Origin: Blepharisma stoltei ATCC 30299 | Taxonomy: Eukaryota; Protista; Ciliophora | Assembly (NCBI GenBank): GCA_965603825.1 | Contig: CBFDEM010000011.1 | Location: 682,001-746,000 of the forward strand | Direction of reading: 5' to 3' | DNA: 64,000 nt | Shown: positions 55,261 to 64,000 of the stretch, piece after piece | Numbering within the stretch: the stretch's first letter is position 1 | Layout of the letters: every line of letters begins with the position of its first letter | The notes under the pieces: generated by a model | Databases searched by the model: none | What the model was told of the DNA's origin: nothing | The model's input: the letters and a program-made list of their open reading frames with translations, nothing else | Translations under genes and position numbers: made by a program

Positions 55261-57738
55261 TTACTGCTCAGCGGATTGCTTCATATTTCTCAGGTCTTCA
55301 TCTTCTTCCCATAATTTTGAAATTTTAAAATCTCCACTTTTAGATGATTCTCTTAGCTTCTCTCTTGCTATTCTATTTAAAACTCTATTTTTTTCTGAGT
55401 TTTCTAGTTCAGATTTGATTGAATTAATTCTGCTTAAATCTAAGTTGCATCCATATATATCAATTTGCTTTTCTTCTGTTATCATAACTTTATCTAACTT
55501 TCTAAGCTTGGTTTTCGTTATTTTTGAGCAAATTTTATACATATCTTCACTTATTAGAATCGGAGCATCATTCATATTTGACAAATCAGCTAATTTAATT
55601 GCAAAATCTAAATTTGGAGATAAGTAAATAGGATCGATTTTCAAATCGCTCCCAATTGTCCCTTCCAATCCTCATCCTTGATGCAGACCAATTCCTATCT
55701 TATTACAGCTCTCAGAAATTATTTCCTTACTATACCCATTGTTCAAATTTATTCGATTTTTCATCAATTCTGCCAATACTTTTGCAAAGCAAACAATTGC
55801 CATATCTGCAATTTCCTTTACATAAAAATTATCATTCAATCCTACCTTTGCATTGCTAAAAACGTCTAAATCAATACACTCATCAGGGAATTTCCATACT
55901 ATTACCAATTTTTCCCCATATATTTTACTTGCAAATCCTGAATATTTACTAGCTACATGATGAGCTATGTGAGAAATTTTATTTATAAGCTGAACCGTGT
56001 CTTCTTTTAAATCATAAGAAATTTCTTGCAGACTTTTTATGCTCAAAACTCCAAAAATACAGAAGCACCGTCTTCCTGGTATTAATGGATTAATTTCACC
56101 TCCATTGCTCCTCATGTTACAAGCAATTATCTCGGCACCGATTTCTCCGAATCCCGCAGATAAAAGTGCGCCGATTTTTGAGATAGCATTTTCCAGAAGT
56201 TTTATTTCTTCAGCAACATTTTGCTTCTTTTTGTTTTTGTGGGATAGCAAGTCTCTTTGATATGACTCATATTCTTCATATTGCACAGCCAGTATGGGAT
56301 CTTTTGACATTTTTTGGATTCTATCAGTCATTTTTTCTAGCGGCTTAAGTAATATGTCCTTGGTCCCTTTTGTAAGTAGCACAGAAGCAATTCCAATCAT
56401 AAAGCAAATAAAAGCAGTTCTAACCATGCTCATTCAGGCTTCCATCTTGCTTGTGCTTTTCATATTGAAAACTGCGACCATCCAATAATAATAGTCTGGG
56501 TCCATTTTATCAACAGTGAAAATAAGAACTTCACATAGCCTTAGCTCATCTAAATTAACACCTCCTTTTCAAAGCTTTTTGTTTTTGGCTTGGAGATAAA
56601 TCAAGGGGTCATCCAAGTCTCTGTATGCATCTACATATGAATTTCAAGCTATATCAAATTCTTGGTGCTCATGAATTACATCATAAATGCATTGCAGCCC
56701 AAACTCCAAAAACTTATAGTCATTGAGGTAAAGTGACGGGTAAAACATAGGAAAAACAAACACAGCGCCTATAACAAGCATAATTACTCTGTTCATGATG
56801 ACATCAGTTAGCCTGTTTCCAAGTTTTGCTTCAGGGTCTGGCTTCGGGTCATTATTTTCGTTCTTTTTTCTTGCTTCATTATTTATAACAACCATATTAG
56901 GAGGGATATCGAAATTCAAGCCAGTAGATTGAGGATCAATGGGGTGTCCGTCAGACGACATTGATCTCATAGAAAATAAGCTTGAAGAGTGCGAAACTTG
57001 GTCTTCCCAGTTATCAAAATCAATATCTCTGTTCTGAGATCTTTCATCTAGAACCTCTACAAAAATTGGTGCATCATCTCCTCTAAATCGGATTTCAATT
57101 CTTTGATCTCCTTTTTTTTCATTTTTTTGTAAGTCTCGCTCAACTGCTAATTTGTAAATTTTCACAATCCTCACTAGTCTTACCACTCTGAATATTCTCA
57201 TGAACCTTATGTTCCTCGGACCAGTAATTTCTTCCAATTCGTTCAGAGAAATATGGCTTTTCTGGACGTCTTCAGAGTCTTGGCTATGATTTTCACCAGT
57301 CGCGAAATCTCATATCCAGCCCACGTCAAGTATAAGGGTAAACGTTGCCAAGATATCAAGCCAGAAGAAAAAACTATTGAGATATTTATCTTTTGATAGG
57401 GAAGACAATAATATTTCTACAGCAAAGAATATAAAACAGACTAATGCTATTGCAAAAAAATAGTCATCGGCTGATTTTTCTGTAGCTAAAAGCCGGATAT
57501 CTTCGCCAAATAAAGCAAAGATTGTTAAAAGCATTAGAAAGGCTTGGACAACCCAATTCTTTAGTATTGCTGACGAAAACTTGGAAAGCTTGGACTTCAC
57601 TTTTACGCCGTCGTTGCCTCAGTATAAAGGGATATTTTTAATACAGTCATATCCTTTAAAATAATTTTGTGCAGAATCTAGCTCGTCTAGATCCCCAGGG
57701 ATTCTATTCAATTGAATGTCTAAGGTGGGGTTTGCCAT
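55261..57738 (-). CDS. alveolate-type ion-channel-domain adenylyl cyclase-like protein (degenerate catalytic motifs)
   Basis: One 825-aa frame with TGA=Trp. TM region (LTIFALFGEDIR, FFFWLDILA), S4-like RNIRFMRIFRVVRLVRIVK, PLEKM..ENAISKIGALL..GFGEIGAEII, GLHQGWGLEGTIGS..KID..YLSPN. Confidence 0.85.
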
Positions 57739-58859
57739 AATTTTATCTAATTCAAAATTTCAATATTATGAACTTACACGAAAGCATTCAGGACAAAACT
57801 ATCCTTTATCTTTAATTTTTATTTAATTTATATGTAGAATATGAGACCAACATGCTTCAAGACTGTTGATAATCATCTGAGGATTTACGACATATTAATA
57901 TAATTGAAACCGAATAATTTTATTGCATTTTATCGATATTGTGTTTTTGTAAATTATTTTAATGCTTAATGATTTTTATAAATTCACTGTTTTATAATTT
58001 TATTGACATTTCTTATCTTTATTAAAGAGAGGAAAAAATATAAAAAAGCCCTAAGAATTAGATAGAAATACTTCGATAATATTATTTCATTAAGCGTAGA
58101 TATCAAATTAATTTTATTTTTTATTTAGTTAATAATATCTATGAAATAACCTAAATATCTATATATTATTTTAGAGAAATCTATTTAACTGAATAATGAT
58201 CTTATGCTAACCAAAAATCTTTGATAGCATTAATTATTATTCGATTCAGGTTGTAATTTAAATAATTAGTATGTAACTAAATTTACTACATATTTAATTA
58301 TTTATTTGTTTGAGATGTTTTTAACTTTGAAAATTTTTATTTTAAGAATAAGAGTTTAATTATTTCAATTCAATTGTAAAGATATGAAAAATTCAGTAAT
58401 AATCAATCTTTACCAAATTATAACAGCTCTGTTTTATGAATGAAAACGCTAAAGAATAAGAAGCTATATTTTAAGAGAATTCATATTTAAATCATATTAA
58501 TATGCTGAGCTAATAAAGTTAAAATTTTAAAGATAGATATAAAGACTTGACTGTCAAATAGAGAGCTCATCAGTATCATTACTAACGTTAACGCAACTAA
58601 TCATATCTTTATAAAAATCTTCAAGCCGAATTTCTTATAAATAATTTTTAAATTAAATAATGGAAAAAGTTGTAAACATTTCATTAAATTTTTTTATTTC
58701 AAATCCAACATATATCGCCATTAATCTGCCTATAAAAAAACTATAAAAGAATTAATTATTTTCAACAATTTAATAATTCATTTTCTTTTACAAACAGACT
58801 GCAACAATCCTCGAAGATTCAATATTAATCCAACTTTTAAATAATATAAATTTATTCAA

Positions 58860-60323
58860 ATGGCCAGCCCGAGACCAGCAACCCAACGTCGCAAAGAAGA
58901 AGGAGAAAAAATATCCTCAGTCACCCGTGACCGAGCACAGCTCGCCAAAGCCTACATCGAAGGGAGATTTTCTAAGCTTAAAGAAGAAGAGGAAGGACGT
59001 CGAGAAGAGTGACAAGAACTTAACAAAATTATGGAAGAGCTCTGCTTGTCCTCAACAGAACGGCATATGATTAAGCAGGAAATCCTTCACAAAGAAGCTG
59101 AGCTACTCCGCGAAAAACGCCAAAAAATAACTGTTTACGATTTCGAACCCATCTCAATCATAGGAAAGGGCGCATTTGGAGAAGTCAGAGTGGCGAGGAA
59201 GAAAGGAACCGGCGAAGTCTTCGCTCTCAAGAAAATGGACAAGTCAGAAATGATCTGTAAAAATCAAATTCAGCATATAAAAGCTGAACGAGATGTCCTT
59301 GCACATTCAGAAAATCCATGGATCGTCGACTTGAAATATTCTTTTCAAGACGAAAAATATTTGTATTTGGCAATGGAATATTTAGGAGGAGGAGACTTTA
59401 TGAATTTATTGATAAAGAAAAACATCTTGACTGAAGCAGAAAGCAGATTTTATATTGCAGAAATCATACTTGCTGTAGACTCAGTGCATAAGATGAACTA
59501 TATACATAGAGACTTAAAGCCTGATAATATACTTATTGATAATAGAGGACATATAAAATTGTCAGATTTCGGCCTTTCAAAGCATGCAGAAATATTTCCT
59601 TCGCAAAGTAGAGAAGTGTTGAGAAAATTAGAAGAGGAAAGGCTTAAACAATATGTGGATCGAAGGAGTGAGTTCCATAGAAATAGAAAACTAGCATTTT
59701 CTACAGTAGGAACTCCTGATTACATAGCTCCAGAAGTGTTTTCTCGACAAGGGTATACAGAAACGGTAGACTGGTGGTCAGTTGGTGTCATTTTATTTGA
59801 AATGCTTGTTGGCTACCCTCCATTTTACGCTGACAAGCCCAAAGAAGTCTGTCAAAAAATCATTAACTGGCAGAACTATTTCACAATCCCTAGAGAAGCC
59901 CGACTGAGCCATGCCGCAATTGATTTGATAAGAAAATTAATCTGCGAGCCCAATACAAGACTTGGAATCCGAGGAGTCGCAGAAATAAAAGCCCATCCTT
60001 TCTTCGCAGGAGTTGACTGGAACAATATAAGAGCTCAAGATGCTCCTTATGTCCCAGAACTCCGAGGCGACACTGATATTTCGAATTTCGAACAATTTGA
60101 AGAAACTGAGCCTTTTTACCCTCCTATAAGTAACAAAAAAAGACCTCAGAAAAAAGACGTAAACTTTGTCGGCTATACTTTTAAAAAAGACGTAGAAAAA
60201 CAGCGGACTGGATTGACGAGTGCGATCGAGGAGCTCGAAGCTATAAGGAACTCGACTGCCAGGGAAAACCAACCAATTAATTATATACCGTCGTCTGAGG
60301 AGTTATATAATGGAGAGCTGTAA
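58860..60323 (+). CDS. NDR/STK38-family AGC kinase
   Basis: ATG 58860, TGA=Trp at 59010. Mob-binding N-terminal region, IGKGAFGEV, HRDLKPDN, LAFSTVGTPDYIAPE, hydrophobic motif FVGYTF. Confidence 0.93.
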
Positions 60324-60346
60324 GTAATAGTTTCTTTAATGTTTTA

Positions 60347-61561
60347 TTAGTCATAATAATTGTGTGGGGTTAATGGCCCTTTTTCTATTTGCACTTTGAC
60401 GGTTTTATGTTTATCCAACTTTGCTTTGAAAATATGGCCTGTGTAGGGCGCTCTGCCTCTTCTGATAAGGGCCATTCCCACACCTTTATTCAAAAATGGG
60501 CTGTATGCCCCTGAAGTGACGACGCCATATGTTTCACCTTCTTCACCTCCAAAAAGTTTTGCCCCTCTTCTTGCTGAAGGCCCATCTTTTTCTACAGAAA
60601 ACCCAACTCTTAGCCGAAGGCCTTCAAATTTCTGGCGTTCGAGCTGACCTCTTTGAGCCATGACAGCTTCATGCCCTAATCATCCTCCTGCTGATAGTTT
60701 AGACATAGGAATTCTATCTACTAGATCTGCTTCTATAGGGGTCAGATTTTCATCCATATCATTGCAATAATTAGATTTCCCAGCTTCTAGTCTTAACGAA
60801 TCTCTTGCATCCAATCCACAGAATAGAAACCTGTCTTTTAGACCACCTTCCACTATCGTTTCTAACCATTTCAAAGCGATTTCTGAGCTCATAGAAATAT
60901 CAAAGCCATCTTCTCCTGTGTGCCCAGACCTCATCACTGTTACAGGCTCATCGTCAACGTAATCTAATTTAGCTTCTCGGACCTGCATATATCTAGTTGT
61001 TGAGAGGCTGCAAGATACCTGTCCTTGGATAATTCCAGATGCTGATGGTCCATTTAATGATAAAAGGCATTGATCTCTTAATTCTTCTACTATCACATCT
61101 CTTCCTTTACTTCTTCACTCCTGCATATGATTAAAAAGATAGTCAAAGTCTTTTTCCCTGCATCCTGCGTTCACGACAAGTCCTATATATCCTTCGAATT
61201 TCTGAATAGTTATTTCATCTTTAATTCCGCCATTTGGCATCATCAATAACGACTGCAAACAAGATCTCACAGGGATTTTGTTTAGGTCAGAGACTGTAAG
61301 GTAGTTAATAAACTCAATCCTCTGTTTCCCATGAATTTTAAACTGGCCCATATGGCTAATATCAAATAAACCTGCCTTTTTTTTGATAATCATATGTTCA
61401 CCCATATAGGTATCTTTGTTGCGACCATAATAAGCTGGCATTTCGTAGCCTTCATAAACACCCATTTTGGCCTCATGCACATCTTTGAAATAATCATATA
61501 AAGAGGTTCTCTAGATGATTATTACTTTGAGCGCAGCAGTGGAAAATCTTCTTGCCAACAT
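60347..61561 (-). CDS. AMT: glycine cleavage T protein (aminomethyltransferase)-like, mitochondrial
   Basis: Presequence MLARRFST, intron 61511-61525, GLFDISHMG, VVNAGC, TGEDGF, GLDARDSLRLEAG, VTSG.YSP. TGA=Trp joins the track ORFs. Confidence 0.85.
61511..61525 (-). other. 15-nt spliceosomal intron
   Basis: GTAATAATCATCTAG. Removal gives LK-RTSLYD, the conserved GcvT start. Confidence 0.88.
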
Positions 61562-61610
61562 TAAAATATGGCATTTTAGTTATAAATACAGTAACTATTA
61601 AAAATCATCA

Positions 61611-63113
61611 TTAATCTGAATAGAGTTCTTGAGAGCTTAACATGAGCTTTTTTGGGTAACTTCCTTGTGATGGAGAATTCTCCTGCCTTGAGCTAGAGTG
61701 CGTTTTTTTAATGGCCTCAAGTTCATTCAAAGCACTAATCAATATAGCTGCTCGGTCTTCATCTTCTTTCTTATAAGTATAATTGATAAAGTTGCTGTCT
61801 TTTTTCCCTTTTTTCTTCCTTGACTCTTGTGGCGGATAAAACGGCTCAACTTCATCAAAATTATCGAAATTTGATGAGTCATAATCATTTCTTAGCTAAA
61901 TATAAAATACCTCAGGGATTCATGGTGCCCTTGTGCTTCTCATATTTTCCCAGTCTATTCCATTAAAGAAAGGATGTGCTTTGATTTCTTCAACTCCATG
62001 AGATCCAAGCCTATCTCCAGCATCACATACAAGCTTTCTTATCAAATCACAAGTGGAGTGTCTCAAGTTCGCTTCTCTTGGTATTGACAAAATGTTTCTC
62101 CAATGCAAGATTTTTTGACAAGTTATAGATGGCTCGTCTGAAAAGAAAGGAGGATACCCCACGACCATTTCAAATAAAATAACACCAACGCTTCACCAAT
62201 CAACTGTTTCAGTATACCCTCCTCTTCCAAACACTTCTGGAGCTATATAGTCAGGAGTGCCTACAGTTGAGTAAGCCAGGGCTCGGTTTCTCTTATAGTC
62301 TGTTCGCCTTTCCATATACTGCTTTGCTTTAGCTTCGTCTTCTAGCTTGTTTAAATTTGAATACAAATTATCCGTCTGGATATCACTTAATTTACAAAGC
62401 CCAAAGTCAGATAGTTTTATATGGCCGTCTCTACCAATCAAGACATTATCTGGTTTGATATCTCTATGTATATAGTTTAGTTTGTGCACAGACTCTACAG
62501 CTAAAACCATCTCAGCAATATAAAATTTGGCCTCATCTTGAGGAAGGATATCTCTTTTAATCAAAACAGTCATCAAATCACCCCCTTGCAGGTATTCCAT
62601 TGCTAAATACAAGTATTTTTCATCTTGAAAAGAGTATTTCAGCTCAACAATCCATGGATTATTAGCTTTGGCTAATACATTTCTTTCAGCCCTCACATGC
62701 TGGATTTGGTTTTTTCGGATCATTTCAGTTTTGTTCATTTTCTTCAAAGCGAGGATTTCTCCTGAAGATTTGTGACGGACAACTCTAACTTCTCCAAAGG
62801 CGCCGCGGCCTATGATTGTGATCGGTTCAAAATCAAAAATGCTTGTACGTGCCCGCAAGCTCCGAAGTCGCTCAGCTTCTTTGTGCATGATTTCTTCTCT
62901 AACCATTCTCTGCTCGGTTTCAGAAAGATTAAGCTCAACCATTCTTTTGTTTATTTCGTCCCAATATTCGCGATTTTCAGTATCTTCACGCTTTTTCTTG
63001 GAGTATTTTTCAGCGATGAAAGCTTTGGCGGCTTCGGCTTTTTCTCTTGCTGCTGCAGATATTTGAGGCTCTTCTCTTGTTTCAGCCCTTTTGGGCGTTC
63101 TTGGTTGGTCCAT
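61611..63113 (-). CDS. NDR/STK38-family AGC kinase, second paralog
   Basis: IGRGAFGEV, HRDIKPDN, LAYSTVGTPDYIAPE, DW-W(TGA)-SVG, intron 61896-61910, FINYTY, TAA at 61611. Confidence 0.93.
61896..61910 (-). other. 15-nt spliceosomal intron
   Basis: GTATTTTATATTTAG. Removal gives IPE-LRND, matching VPELRGD of the intronless paralog. Confidence 0.92.
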
Positions 63114-63334
63114 TTATATAAGAAAACTTAAGGAGACGACTATTTTGTTGTCTGATGAATTTTTGGTAAGAAAAATTTAAATTGATCAATGTAAAATTAT
63201 TTGTAAAAAATAGCTATAACCATTTTAACTGCTTCGGGAAAAGGACCTTTACTTAAAATATACAGACATTCTTGATTTATATAGTCTATATGAAGATTTA
63301 TATTATAATAATTCGCGTTTAGGAGTAGTTAATA

Positions 63335-63682
63335 TTATTTTTGTCCTTTATTGCTTTCTTCTGGCTCAATTTTCAATTCAGGGATCTTGAATCTCCAAGT
63401 TCCTTTCTTCAATGGCGACGCTATCTTCTCTTCTTTTACACCTTTCTTCCCCTTTCAAGTCAGAATTCCCCAAGCTTTTCCATGGCTCGGATCTTTCAAA
63501 TCCATCTTAGTAATTGTGTAATATGAGTTCGGAGGCCATGTAGACCTCCAAAAATGAAAGCCTACCCCTTTGCATCTATACTGACCAGCTAGTTCATAAA
63601 GATCCTTGTAATTTTTGGCTGGGTTTAAAACTTCTTCTTTTGTAAAGACTTTTATACCTCTAAAAATTTTTGATGCGAGCAT
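63335..63682 (-). CDS. MRPS34: mitochondrial ribosomal protein mS34-like
   Basis: LYEL..KGVG..R.TW..SYYTITK..HGKAWGILTW(TGA)KG motif. TAA at 63335. Confidence 0.75.
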
Positions 63683-63750
63683 AAAAATTATGATTATTGC
63701 ATAATAATTATAAGGGCCCTGACGAGAGCGAAGTTTACAAATTATATAGA

Positions 63751-63999
63751 TTAGTGTTCTCCTCTTTGGATAAATCTCAAATCGTCAGCTAGCTCTCGTT
63801 GGTAGTTCGGATATCTCCAAGGTCTAAGTTCATAATGTCAAGCAGCTCTTGGGGTTTGTAAGTGGCTCATTAGTTTAGGCAATGGGGTTGGGGTTCCCAA
63901 AGCTACAGCTGAGCACATGCCAACTACAACAGCCCATTCAGGAGTGACAGGGGCGATTCCTAATTTGTTTAGTTCTTCTCAAGTCTTGATAAAAGTCTT
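63751..63999 (-). CDS. 3' end of a hypothetical protein (runs off the window)
   Basis: Open frame with TGA=Trp, KTFIKTWEELNKLG...RFIQRREH*, coding-like GC content. Confidence 0.6.
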
Positions 64000-64000
64000 C

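Noticed and set aside
57740-58859. Long AT-rich gap as a possible ncRNA or hidden gene
   Set aside because: No recognisable ORF, tRNA fold or repeat. Consistent with a divergent promoter region.
21-63682. Apparent widespread pseudogenisation (fragmented ORFs)
   Set aside because: Explained by TGA=Trp and 15-nt introns. Frames are continuous after correction.

Overview
Eukaryotic, very gene-dense, AT-rich DNA, most likely from a heterotrich ciliate macronuclear genome (Blepharisma-like). TGA falls repeatedly at conserved Trp positions and reads through, TAA/TAG are the only stops, and genes carry 15-nt GT-AG introns with an invariant A at position 10. The supplied ORF track is fragmented because it treats TGA as stop, so genes were re-stitched by hand. 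Left arm (1-27.6 kb): ABC1/ADCK kinase, EGF-7TM protein, Mpv17/PMP22, small EGF-TM protein, TM-RING-RBR ligase, three large coiled-coil proteins (one with ~19 putative beta-layer motifs, one LRR/centriolin-like), PRMT5, CTP synthase, BRE1, beta-COP and a STIMATE-like protein. Centre (28.1-54.2 kb): a head-to-tail array of 17 cathepsin B-like (papain C1A) units. Only 3 keep the full Gln/Cys/His/Asn catalytic set. Eight are intact, signal-peptide-bearing pseudo-proteases (Cys>Gly, His>Thr/Ser, Gln>Asp/Gly) with hypervariable cleft loops. The rest are frameshifted, chimeric or decayed. Right arm: C2H2-type zinc finger gene, ion-channel-fused adenylyl cyclase-like protein with degenerate catalytic motifs, two NDR kinases flanking a GcvT-like gene, mS34 and a partial gene. 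The most notable candidate system is the diversifying array of secreted inactive papain-fold proteins.
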